Source: Tubulanus polymorphus (taxonomy: Eukaryota > Animalia > Nemertea). Taken from it: 64,000 nt of DNA. Where the stretch lies: NCBI RefSeq assembly GCF_964204645.1, contig NC_134032.1:13504275-13568274 (forward strand), read 5' to 3'. This document shows, piece after piece, positions 1 to 11,670 of the stretch (positions are counted from its first letter, which is position 1; every line of letters starts with the position of its first letter). A program made the translations under genes and the position numbers. The notes under the pieces were generated by a model. That model was not told the DNA's origin. It saw only the letters and a program-made list of their open reading frames with translations, and ran no database searches.

Positions 1-45
1 TATCGGGGCTAACTGTGTTTGAATGAAATCGTATTTGTATTTTAG

Positions 46-971
46 GTTTCCTATTCGTTCTGTGCGTACTTATTTTCGGCATCAAATCCGAAGATCGTAT
101 GTGGATGTATCGTCCCGATCACAACACGCTCTCCTGGTCGTACGCGGTCGCCATATTCGCGACGCTCGCTACAATAATAGCGGCCGTCATTCTACTCGGC
201 GACGCCCGTAGATTACCCGATTATCGTAAAGAGGCTCCGATCATCGACCCGATGGGCGGTAGTATGCCGCGTATGTTCGTACCGCATTCCCACGGGCCCG
301 GCTCGTACATCGGACCCGGTCCCGGCGGCCCCGCGTATACGGGTCCCGGCGATAAACCGAGTCCGACCGATTCGAAATCTCACGATTTCCCGACCGGTCC
401 GCCGTCCGAACACGGCGGTCCGCCGTCGGAGTACGGAGACAAGAGGATGCCTCCGCCGGGTATGGTGCTCAGTCGAGGACCGCCGTCCGAGGCTGGAGAT
501 TACGGTCCGCCGATGCGAGGACCTCCGTCCGAGTCCGGAGATTTCCGCGGACCACCGACGCGTGGTCCTCCGTCGGAGTCTGGTGAAATGCGGTACCCGC
601 CTCCCCATATGAGAGGACCTCCGTCCGAGTCCGGTGATATGCGCGGACCACCGATGCGTGGTCCTCCGTCGGAGTCGGGTGAGATGCGTTACCCGCCGCC
701 TCATATGAGAGGTCCTCCGTCCGAGTCCGGAGAGATGAGGTATCCGCCTCCGATGATGCGCGGACCGCCGCCGCGACACATGATGCGCGGACCGCCGCCG
801 CAGCACATGCGTCCTCCGTTCGGTCACCCGATGTATCGCGGACCACCTCCGCGTGGTCCGCCCTACGGTCCGCCGGGTCGAATGATGTATCCTCCTCCGC
901 ACATGAGACAACCACCGCCGCAGCACATGAGACTGGATACACCACGAGGTCCCCAGGAGTCGTCCATGTAG
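46..971 (+). CDS. Claudin/PMP22-family tetraspan protein, terminal exon A (TM3 end, ECL2, TM4 and long Pro/Gly/Met-rich repeat tail); 5' exons lie upstream of the window
   Basis: Acceptor ttttag|GT at 45/46 (phase 1) opens (G)FLFVLCVLIFGIKSEDRMWMYRPDHNTLSWSYAVAIFATLATIIAAVILL. The W-x-x-R-P-D-x-N-x-L-S-W-S-Y pattern is typical of invertebrate claudin ECL2/TM4. The tail has repeated MRGPPSESG(E/D) units and ends ...QESSM; AATAAA at 1169-1174. Confidence 0.75.
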
Positions 972-1461
972 AATTACACGCGTCGTATCTGTATATAAAT
1001 ATTTGTATTTTTATGGCGATTGTGAAAACTGGTGCCGATTGTTGTAAACTACAGTAAACCTCGACTGACGCGAGTTCAAATCAGAAAATACACTTAACTT
1101 AACCTTACTCAGGATTTACTGGGACCGGCAGAATTGTAAAGCGCAATCAAAGAATATGGATTGGAAAAAATAAAGAGGACAAGGAAATCAAAATATTATT
1201 TTGTCCTTGTTAAGTCTTGAGTTCAGTAAAGGCAAGGTTAATTGTATTAGGTTTTTTTCTAGACCTTTCTTCGATTCCTTAAAAACTCCTTTGAAATGGA
1301 TGCTTGTGCTTAGAGTGCCTTATATCCGGGATGACTGATCTGTAGGAACGGACCCGGTTTCAGTAGAGGTTTACTGTAATCGATAATTTCAAGAGCTCGT
1401 TAGTAATTATATTTTCTAATGTTAATTAATGTTAATGAATGAATGATTTGTATCGTTGTAG

Positions 1462-1748
1462 GCGTGTTACTCACATTGTCGATCGTCGTGTTCGGAATAC
1501 GTTCCCTCGATCGTATCTGGCAACCGAGGCCGGACGATAACTTCTTGTCGTGGTCGTACGGGTGCGCGGTCGGCGCCGCCGCGTTCGCGCTCATCACCGC
1601 GTATCTGTTGCTGCAACAATACTGGGTCGAGGTCGGCGATAAGGAAATACCGGCCGGTCCCGGAGCCGAGTCGCTAACGATGACTCGGCAGCCGGAGAAG
1701 ATTCCGCTCGGTAGCATGCGCTCGGAGAAGAGATCGATCGATGTTTGA
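1462..1748 (+). CDS. Claudin/PMP22-family protein, alternative terminal exon B (short tail ending SIDV)
   Basis: Acceptor gttgtag|GC at 1461/1462, same phase 1 as exon A. Encodes (G)VLLTLSIVVFGIRSLDRIWQPRPDDNFLSWSYGCAVGAAAFALITAYLLL, collinear with exon A. Long AT-rich 3' UTR with AATAAA at 3777-3782. Confidence 0.75.
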
Positions 1749-4473
1749 ATTGCGAGAGTCGGTACCGCTCAAGTCTGACGATTTAAAACTCTGGGTTCCC
1801 TACGACTCCTTGATTCCTTAAAAACTCCTAATACCTTTAAAGCTGATTGAAACTGCTGAGCTAAATGCCCAAAACTCCTTCAACTTTGAGAAATAGGCAA
1901 TTAGATACTTTAGTTATAAACCAGACTGCGCCTAAATCTCCTTAAAAACTCATCTGTAGGGACCCTGAAGCAGTTTATTTTGTCCGTCTCGGAAGTATTT
2001 TTCTGAACCTACATGCGAATTTGGATGCTCTCAAATCGGACAAATTTTCTCCAAAAAAAAAAAAAATCAGATTTGAGCGGTTCTTACTGTATCAAATTTG
2101 TAGATATTTTTCGCGCGGAAAAAAGTAATTCGCTTGCTGCTAAATGATCGAGTATTCTATCTATTTATATATATGGTGATTATTTTTAGCTGCTTAATTT
2201 TAATCTTCCGTTTTCTAACCAGACACGAAAAACGTTTCATGTCGATATTTTGAGTTGTCAGCTGCTGAACGCTATTTCGACCCGGTTTGTGGCCGCTGCG
2301 ACCTGAGACAAGAAGTTGTGGTTTGTGCGACTTTTTTGAACGTTACGAGTTTTACGATTTATTTTCGCTTTTTCACACGAATCGATTTTTAAAATTCACC
2401 TATTTTTTATTCGAATGTTTCACCGATATATGTGATGGTGTGCGACCACAATTTCAAGGTCACGTGGCCTCAAATGGGCGCGTATCGCTGTGAATTGACG
2501 ACTGAATTGTATAGGAATATCCAGGTATTGTGGCAATATATGTAGCTGCATAAATTTGATATTTGAATGTATCGGTTTGAGTGAATGTTGCCAGGTGGCG
2601 CTGTAGTGTTACACCTCCGGCGGCTGTGAATGTTGTATGACGACGCGCATTTCCTTCTCGGTAAAATGATATCCTTACGTTTCGGTAAACTGGAGGATCG
2701 AGGCTAGGTTTGGTTTTGAACATCAAGTTACATGGCTAAAAAAATAAACCAGCTATCGATTAATTCGACAACACGCTGATCTCACGATTGAAGATAACTT
2801 TCGCCGCAACGAAGAAGTAAAATAGTTCGGTCGCTGGTTCCGTTGGCGTAGAATTCGTTGAGATTGGAAATGTGCGCGCGCGATGTGTTTTCGAATGAAA
2901 TGAACGTTGTTTGTAAAACCGCCTAAATTCAATACATATCAATGATATAATTATAAACCGTATTTAAACGTATCTTATCACGGCGGCGTCTGTATTGATT
3001 TTATATACGAACGGCGTCGACGGCGGCGGCCATGTTTTTACTATATTTAAACTTCGTACGCCCCGGACTCGGTTCCACATTTTCTCGCTTTGTAAGTCGG
3101 TTAATTACGAATGTTTTTAAAAGCGTCGATGAATGTGGAACGGGGTCCGGTTCGAATTTTGTAGTGTCGGGGCTTCGATCATTCCTGTTTGTATCGTCAT
3201 ATCTTATAATTATATTTATTACGTAGTTTAGTGTTTCGAAAAATTAATTGCGTCCGATTTACGCTTGAAATGTATAAAATATTAATTTCCGATGTAGTTT
3301 CAGGATACAAATACCTTAAATATGTGGGTTGTTAGAACTATCTCGAATGCGTCTATGTTTCAACACTTAATATTTGAATTGTTGTTTAACTCAAAATATT
3401 GAAATATTTCGTCCGAAAAAAATTGTGTCCATCCAGAATTCATGCCAGAAACTCAGAATATTCAATGTAAATAGATACGAACATTCCGCATTGTCACTTA
3501 AAATAATCATCTGTAATTTCCGTCGTATGATTTTAATTCAACATTCCGATCCTGAAATCGTCCATTATTATTATTATTATTATTATTATTTAATAATCAA
3601 TTTTATACCGTATAATAGATAATTATCATAATTTATGTAAATTGAATTTTAATCGTGGAAAAATTTTTGTACGATATATGCCAAGCGAAAAAAAATGATA
3701 TTGATTAATAATTACCTGAATATTAATATTATTATTATTATTATATTGGGAAACAGCTCAACATAAAGAACGCTGTAATAAAGTATTTTATATGTATGGT
3801 AGATATATGATTTTGTGTTTTGTAATTTGTGGAGGAAGGATTTTTCGGATGAAGGTTAAGCTGCCAGCTGAGAGACTCCTCACCCAACTCATCAACAAGG
3901 AATAAACACTGCATTCATTTCCTGACCTTGAATGATACCTGACTGACCGCGACACCAACTTGAGAGGAAATTCCCCTGACTATTGACGCATAATGAGACA
4001 GTTTGCTTGGAATATGCGGAGAAGACAAGAAAAGCCCATAATACGGAGTATTTATGCTTGGAACCATTTTGAAAATGGCTCGAATAGCATTTATGTCGCA
4101 ACGTCAAATCCTCAATTAGCTCTACTTTCTGGGTTTTTCTCTTCATCTGAATCAGACAGTCACTAGTCCATCGATACTAAGAAACGAACTGTCCTAAATT
4201 TCCTAAGACCTAAAACCTGTATTTCCTCAGTGTAGCGTCTGCGTGCCGACAGTCCTGTTCTCAATTAGGCGAAGAGACTGCTTTCTTTCCGAGGTCAAAG
4301 CGGAGTAATGTACCACCATTGTCGTCGTCATGAAAGACTTGAACGTCACCGGTTCACGAAATTCTAGACCCAGAAACAGTCAGAAGTAAGTATGGGTTTC
4401 TGCTAATTCTGGATTCTCTTCTGGCGTGTTCGTTTCGACTAGAATATGCTCTACCGATTCCACATAGCATTAA

Positions 4474-4707
4474 CCCTTTCAGTGCGTCTACACTGCAGTA
4501 CGGTGTTTAAATCAGTGATAGATTTTCCTAGTACACCGCACTGTGGTGTATTGATGTCATAAGTAATTAGTAATTATCTCTCTTGAAAAATAGAAGCACC
4601 TGACAAACTAGTGAAATATTAGTAACTAACGATACACCACACCCGTTATATTGGTGTTCAAATTATCTTTAACACTATAGGGTATTAATTAGTCCGCACT
4701 GAAAGGG
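4474..4707. mobile_element. piggyBac-like MITE (TIR CCCTTTCAGTGC, TTAA target site)
   Basis: TTAA|CCCTTTCAGTGCG...CGCACTGAAAGGG|TTAA; related copies at 40602-40877, 49432-49719 and 52159-52396. Confidence 0.85.
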
Positions 4708-4845
4708 TTAATCTCCAGTACATTTAATAGAAGTAACCGGTAGAGTTTGATACCGAATGCTCGTTTATTGTATATGCAGAAAATTGAATTTTTCACACTT
4801 CCTTGATAAGAAAAATTGACCTTTATTTCATTATTTTAAGCATCA

Positions 4846-5055
4846 GGCTAAAAAATGCATAACTTGTGTCTCATTTCTGCAGAGGTTAAAAGTCGACCCG
4901 GACACCTATCTACCCAGTACATTACTTTCAAAAAATCTTGATCAAGCTAATGATAACAGACCAGGCAGTTATAGAAATGAACTGATTACAAATTTTATTG
5001 CTGTTTACCAAAGTCACCCGGCCGATTAGGAGGAACAAGGTAGCATATTTTAGCC
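4846..5055. mobile_element. Diverged copy of the GGCTAAA-TIR MITE
   Basis: Ends ggctaaaaa...ttttagcc; internally similar to 28064-28283 and inverted relative to 5157-5376. Confidence 0.65.
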
Positions 5056-5156
5056 TACTGTAATTCCACTAACCTCCTTCCCTAATGCTAACGTAATAAA
5101 CGAATGACCAATAATCCGGACTCGCTTATACTTTAACCGGAATACATACATTCTAA

Positions 5157-5376
5157 GGCTAAACAAAAATGATACCTTGTTTCTCCGCAGCGGCCGGGTC
5201 ATTTTTGTAAAATATGATAAAATTTATAAACAGTTCATTTCTATAGCGGCCGGGTCTGTTATGGTGAAATTGATCACGATTTAAAAAAAAGTAATGTACA
5301 GGGTAGATAGGCGGCCGGCCGGGTCAACATTTAAGCTCAGCAGAGCGGAGAAACAAGGTATCAATTGTTTTTAGCC
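5157..5376. mobile_element. PIF/Harbinger (Tourist)-like MITE with TAA TSD
   Basis: TAA|GGCTAAA...GATACCTTGTTTCTCCGC...GCGGAGAAACAAGGTATC...TTTAGCC|TAA; near-identical copy in opposite orientation at 28064-28283. Confidence 0.8.
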
Positions 5377-5406
5377 TAAAACATGCCTAAGTTCGTTCGT
5401 ACTCAC

Positions 5407-8400
5407 CAGGAATGTTGTTTTGTTGACAAATCTGATGAATATAATCCATGGTAGACAGCGGAATATTACCATCCATAAACACGATACTAGATTCACTGAT
5501 ATCCGATTCGAATTTACCGCTAACCTGTAAACAACAGTTGAATCAGCGTTAGAAACGCTAACCTGTATACCACACCAATATAACGATTGAATCAGTGTTA
5601 GAAACCCAATAGTATCCAGTCTCCCTCAAACCCAGTTCTACTGTTGTCAGTTGAAATGAGTCTCCGGTAAAAACATCGAAAACGAACTAAATAATATCAA
5701 TGGAGAATGGCAGAGCTGGTACAAGCACTGGTTCCATCAACCAACATGAGGGAATTCCAGATTAAAGGTTAGGAGATTCCAACTTCTTGAAAATCAGAGA
5801 ATTTGAATTTTTGGTGTCTTCTTGTTTTGCTGGTGACGAGTGGCACAAGGAACCTCTTGAAAAGAAACAGCCCTCACTGAGGATATCTTATAATTTAATC
5901 AGGGAAGTTTTGGTAAAGGGTCAGGAATATGTCAGGGATTCTTGTGATCTGTAAGAAGCCAGGGTGACCAGCTCAACAATCCATTTGAACACTTCAAATT
6001 CCATTCTGAAACACCTACTAATTCCGTGGTTAAACTTCGATGTATGTTCATGTCACCGATTCCGAACGCAAGTTTTCCAGATTTCTCTAATACAGCGCAG
6101 TACGTCGCAGTCGACTGATCTTCATGCTGTATTATTGCACTCGTATCCTGCCAACATAGAACAGATTTTCATTAAACATTTTTAGAAAATTGGTTTCTAC
6201 AAATGAAACTGGGTTAAAGTATCACAATGCTGGTATCAGTCAGCAGCCTGAAACCCCCCCCATAAGATATTCACCACTAGTATGAAGTGTAGACAATCAT
6301 TTTTGAGAGTGTCGTCATGAAATGTCTAATATCTAGTGTTTGTAGTTCATTTTCAATGAAAAATGTCTAAGGCGAAGAGTACTGGACACACGTGAAGTGT
6401 GGGCGATCATCAAGTTGAGGGGTGGGGGGTGATAATGTTACCACAATTGAAGGAATGATGATTGGTCTACGTACCATAAGTTCACTACAGTAGTCAAGAA
6501 TGAGATCACCGGCATCATCACGACCGACGGCTGAAATCAGGAAAGGATCGTTTCCGAGTCGAGCGAGTCCGTCTGCTGTGTTCCTCGCAACTCCTCCGTA
6601 CGAACGCTTTATCGAACCGGGGTACGTGCCTCCGTCCTTCTATAAACAATCAATTCAGAAATTGGAATTACATTTAAGCGCCCACGAGAAACCAACGCGA
6701 CATTCAAATAGTGCTTTCCAAGGATGAAAATTTGCGACCCTGGACCCAGTTCCACAGTTGTGAATTAGAGTTAACTCTGAGTAAAAATTAGTTCATTTTC
6801 AATGTTTTAACTCATAGTCAAATCTTAAACTCACGATTGTGGAACTGGGTCCAGTCTTACTGCCTCAAAACGACCTCAAACTATCCATCAGACTAGACTA
6901 GGCCTACTTCAATATTGTTAATTTTGAGTTGGCTTATCAGAGCAGATTTAGCCTCTGGGATAGTTCTAAACTTACTTTGAAGGTTTCAGCTTCAATTTTA
7001 GTGACAAAATCAACAATAGATCCACCAATGACGACCTGATAATATATATAAGGCAAAATAGTTCCAAATGTAACATCAAATTTTATTAAGGACAGTAAAA
7101 TAGGCGAGACCCAGTTCCATGTCCAGGAATGGATCCAAGTCCAGTAATGTAATGTGTATTTAACTTACGGGTCTACGATGAGACTTCTTGCTTGTGTTTT
7201 TGCGACTTCTTCGGCTGCGTGCGGGATCCTTGTCACCATTTTGTAGTCGACTCAGTTCCACGGCAATTTTACTGCCGACATCTGCGTTGTTTTTGATCAA
7301 TTCGATGTCTAGATGAAATTGTGCGTGAAGAAATGCAACTAGCAGACGAAAGAAAACTAACAGAGTCCATCATACCATTAGCTATCCCGCCAGAACTTTT
7401 ATCTAGATTTTTAGCGCCTCCCAAATGAAATATTAGTCCGATCACATCCTTGACATCCTCGCTTGCCACGGTTTGATTGCTTCTCGTCAAAGCTCACGCC
7501 CAACACAAACCCTGACCTCAGTTCCTTCACTGGTCTATTACACTGCCAAAGATATCGAGCCAATCAGATGCGTTGTATTGATAGAGCAAATCTGCAGGTG
7601 AAAAATCTGATTTGCTTATTGGTGGCTGCTGAGCAACAACTTGTCTGCGAAACGAAATCTTAGGCGGTGTTATAGGCCGATGAAGAGTCTGCGGCCAGTC
7701 AGAGTTTGTGGTGGCGTGAGTTTCGATGGGAGGCAATCAAACCCTGGCAAGTGAGGACGGTCCCTTGATTAACTCAAGATTGATCTTTAGTGTCCATTTA
7801 ATAGTGCGATCGTTCATGAAATTTGAGAAATGATCGATCTGAAATTACGGATTAAAGGAATCTGAGAAATTGTCTGCGCTAGCTGTCTGATCCTTAATAT
7901 TGTTCAGAGCGGACAGTGCAATCCAGAGTATTCATCCATTTAAAATGCAAGCGGCGAGTGTCCTTAGAATGATTATTCCGCGATAAAAAGGATACTGGCT
8001 AGTAAAGATTTACCGGCAGTTAGTTCGTTGACTCTTCGCAAAATGAACGGAGTCACTTCTTTACCCTTAACACCTTGACTTCTACGAAAAAAGAAACGCA
8101 AATGCTCAAAAACAAACAACTGAAACAGTTTCTTTCTCCGTATATTGATACTTACTCCGCCTCTTTCAAAGCCTGTTGTATTTTGGATTCGATTTCTTCA
8201 CCGATATGGAACGTACTGGCTGGAATTGGTACAGCGAGCACCATTCCACTGCCCAAATCAAACGACAAATTTGCATCTGAAATATTAAAACAATTTGGAT
8301 TGAAGAATATGTGAGATTTTTTTCTGAAATATCACTTTTGAGATCGAGAAGCCCTTAATTTTAAAGTAGGCCTACTTAACTTAAATAAGAGATCAATTTT

Positions 8401-11400
8401 AAACAAATTACTGATTTTTGCGAGATAGACAGAGCCGTTATAGATCAGGGAATACTTGGGGACTTCAGACTCTTTTCTTGAAAATCAGGTAATTTTGAGT
8501 TTTTGGTGGGTAAGTGACACAAGGAGCTTCTTGAGAAGAAACAGCCCTCACAGAAGATTTTTTATAATTCGATCATGGAATTTTTTGTCAAGGGTGTGGG
8601 AGATATCAGGTAAATTGACTTTTTGGTGGTTATTTTTTAGGCTAGTGGCGAGTGGCGCAAGGAACCACTTGAGAAGAAAAAGCCCCCATTGCGGATATCT
8701 TATTATCTAATCAGGGAGTTTTTGGTTAAGGGACTGGGAAACAGAAGGGAATCATGGATTATCTGCTCTGTAAGAAACTTGTTAAGAATGCTTAGACTTC
8801 AACATTGAACTTACTGATTAATCTGGCTGCGTCTAACGGGTTATTTACATTATGCGGAGCGTCAAATCCGGAATTCGGGGTGAAGAAGGCCGGGAATTGT
8901 TTATTTTCGCCGTAAGTCGCGACGCAGACGCCTTGCGTCTCTAGATATTCCAACGTGCGTCCGATATCGAGGATCGATTTCACACCGGCCGAAACGACGC
9001 AGACTGGAGTTCGTCCGAGTTCGGTAAGGTCAGCGCTAACATCCATACCTTTATCGAATAAACATAGGACATATACAATAATTACAATGAGTGCCAGTAA
9101 AACTCATTCCTGGGTTCAGTTTCATGAAACGTTTAAGCTTTATGAATTCTTGTCCTCGTTAAAAACAACTACTAACTAATAGAAATTGAACCAAAAATAT
9201 GAGTTTAACTTTTTCATGCTCAGCTGTGCAGATACCTATGACAGATATCTCTGAAAGTGGTCTCGAGTCTCTCAAGACTGGCCTTCAGTTGTTAGATTGG
9301 CTATGGGACCAAAATGAGTTAAGACTGGTCTTAAGTTGTCAGTTTGGTTATAGAACCAAAATGAACTAAGACTGGTCAGATATCTCCGAAAGAGGTTTCT
9401 CAATACTGGTATTCAGAGGCAAGATAGATCATAGGACCAAAATGAGTGTAAGGATACTCACTGGATTCGGCTCCTCTGTGAACGCCACCTATACCTCCCG
9501 TTACGAATATAGGAATACCGACTTTATGTGCGGCGATCATTGTGCCGGATACGGTCATACCACCGTACAGCTCCTGAAATCATAGCAAACAATTCATCTA
9601 TTAGATCAGTTGTGCCTGTTGTTACAGAGCTTGTAAGCAACACAAAACGGCGTGGAAGAAGAAATATTGAGACTACGTGTTTACTTTATGACGTTCTATT
9701 GATAAGTAAGGATTCACACATACAAAGATAAACCAGGAACACGTGGTACAAAACACATGGTACAATAAAGGTCAAAAGTTCATGTAACCGCAACCACAAA
9801 CTAAAACTACTTATGCATATTACCAAAAATTCATAAAGACTAGTCTTTATGAATTTTTGATATAACTCATATCATAGGTTTTGGATAATACTATAAACAA
9901 CAGTGCCTTCGACCTTTTAAGTTTAAATTAGTTCATTTTGTAAATTTTTGTCAAATTCTACTCTAGATGGCTCGCAGGTCAACAAGTAATAATTTTCAGC
10001 ACTTCGAGACATTTTTGTGAAAAACTTCTCCAAAAAGTGGCACGAAGTAGTTCTTAGTAGATGTGCTATAAAACATGAGATGTTAAACGAATGAAATTTC
10101 CGACCTTTCCAAGAACGACTGGTAGGTCACGACGCGAGGTTTTAATTGCTGGATACTTCAAACTGGACAACGACTCTAATTCTTTAGTGGTCAATCCTGA
10201 AAAAAAAAACAATAAATAATAAACCCCTTCATTATAAACCCCTTAAAGGGATTTCAATTATATGATCCGCATTGATATCCTTACACCCATTATCCAGCAC
10301 TAGCATTTCATTCTGGGGAAGTGAAAATTGTGAATTTTGTGCAATAAATTGAAAACCTGGGGAAAAGGGGTAAACATTAAATTGCTAGTGAAAGCCCAGG
10401 GAGGCCATTGACCTGGAAAGTTCCGGGATCAAATGAAATCTGGAAAATTTTTTTAAAAATTTGGGAAAACCCAAGAAATTTGATAAATTCTGGCAAAAAC
10501 CTGGAAAACTCAGGGAATTCGGATATGTTATAGACTACACTACGCATTTCCTTATCAATATGTGATACGTGAAAAATGAATGAATTGTAATATTTTAGGC
10601 CTAAATTTCACCAATCACCTCAGGGAATTTTGTATTACACCGTGGGAAACTTAAAAAAATTTGTAAATGGAGGATAGAAATGGATTGCTACAAATGGATT
10701 GCTAATTCAAATTAACCTATATGAACTTTTCCTTTGAGTACGGCAATCGTTGCAGGTACAGCACCATTTGATCTCACTATCTCTTCTACTTGTTTGGCCG
10801 TTCTGAAAAAAGGCGGTTAAGAAGACAAAACTTAATAAGTGACGCTGGTAGAATGAGGACTCGGCCATTAGAATATCTAATTCTAAATTGAGTAACACAA
10901 TTACAAAGTTTCGAGTTAGATTTTACTCTGAGGGAAACCACTGTAATGACGAGAGAAATCCCACAATAACGAAGCCAAAATTGAAAAATTCTATATCAGA
11001 ATGATTGTATTCGAGGAGCGACGTTTCGGCTAACAACTGTTAGCCATCATTAGGTGTCTGGATGATGTATGCCTAATGATGGCTAACAGTTGTTAGCCGA
11101 AACGTCGCTCCTCGAATACAATCATTCTGATATGGAATTTTTCAATTTTGGCTTCGTTATTGTGGGATTTCTCTCGTCATCAACATACACGGATATTGTG
11201 TATCTTCTCGTCAAACCACTGTAATATTTCATTTTCAATTCATTTCTGTAAATATTTAAGTACCAGTACTTGGTAAACAGTTCCACAGTTTTGAGATTCA
11301 CTTAGAAACAAGTTCACTTTCAATGAACCCACTCTTTAAGTCAAATCTTAACTCCTCATTCATCAGTTCTACAATTTGGAGTTAGAAATTTGACTCAAGA

Positions 11401-11670
11401 GTCATCTAAATAGTTACTAAAGCCTAAGCCACAAGAAATTTTGTACACCTACTGAAGATTGTCTGGATACGGCATTCCATGCGTGATAATAGTGCTCTCT
11501 AAAGCCACTAGGGGGCGCTTCTCAGCAATAGCGCTGTCGACTTCTTCAGATAAAACAATATAATCTTTACCAAACTGCGATGATGAATGAAGCCAGCATT
11601 TACAACTATGTAATTTCTGTTTAGTCGTCACTAATAAAGATTTTGCTGTCCTTGTAGCCAATCGATACAT
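5407..11670 (-). CDS. Pseudouridine-metabolising bifunctional protein (PsuG pseudouridine-5'-phosphate glycosidase + PfkB-family PsuK kinase); 3' part of the kinase not found
   Basis: Phase-consistent exons: 11670-11453, 10802-10717, 10196-10105, 9573-9462, 9048-8815, 8276-8156, 8081-7996, 7308-7169, 7035-6976, 6639-6475, 6147-6019, 5524-5407. PsuG motifs [63 protein letters not shown]; PfkB motifs [27 protein letters not shown]. Confidence 0.92.
6740..6853. mobile_element. Short palindromic MITE (TIR ctggacccagttccacagttgtga)
   Basis: Terminal inverted repeats; full or partial copies near 11275, 28770-28995, 30044, 30185-30246, 38135, 43783-43895 and 62793-62900. Confidence 0.7.
7309..7995 (-). 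other. U12-type (minor spliceosome) GT-AG intron in the PsuG-PsuK gene
   Basis: Donor A|GTATCCTTTTT at 7995; branch-like TTTCTTCAC at 7333-7325, about 15 nt before TAG at 7311-7309; no long polypyrimidine tract. Splicing gives the conserved [14 protein letters not shown]. Confidence 0.85.
7454..7759. mobile_element. MITE with TIR CATCCTCGCTTGCCA..GTTTGATTGC, inside the U12 intron
   Basis: Inverted termini; the same termini occur at 63596-63847 and one lone end near 17950-17967. Confidence 0.7.
10935..11225 (+). mobile_element. Palindromic Penelope-like/retrozyme-type element with a degenerate minimal hammerhead motif and 13-bp TSD
   Basis: TSD AAACCACTGTAAT (10935-10947, 11213-11225); 109-bp inverted arms 10946-11054 and 11072-11180 with one mismatch; core CTAATGA-T-GGCTAAC[AGTT]GTTAGCC-GAA-ACGT-C at 11073-11106. 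Confidence 0.75.

Noticed and set aside
213-945. Antisense Arg-rich ORFs over the claudin tail
   Set aside because: Shadow ORFs of a GC-rich repetitive exon.
3892-4470. Coding-looking minus-strand sequence with splice-like sites beyond the PsuK exons
   Set aside because: Stops in the plausible frames and no recognisable PfkB or other motif; cannot be assigned.
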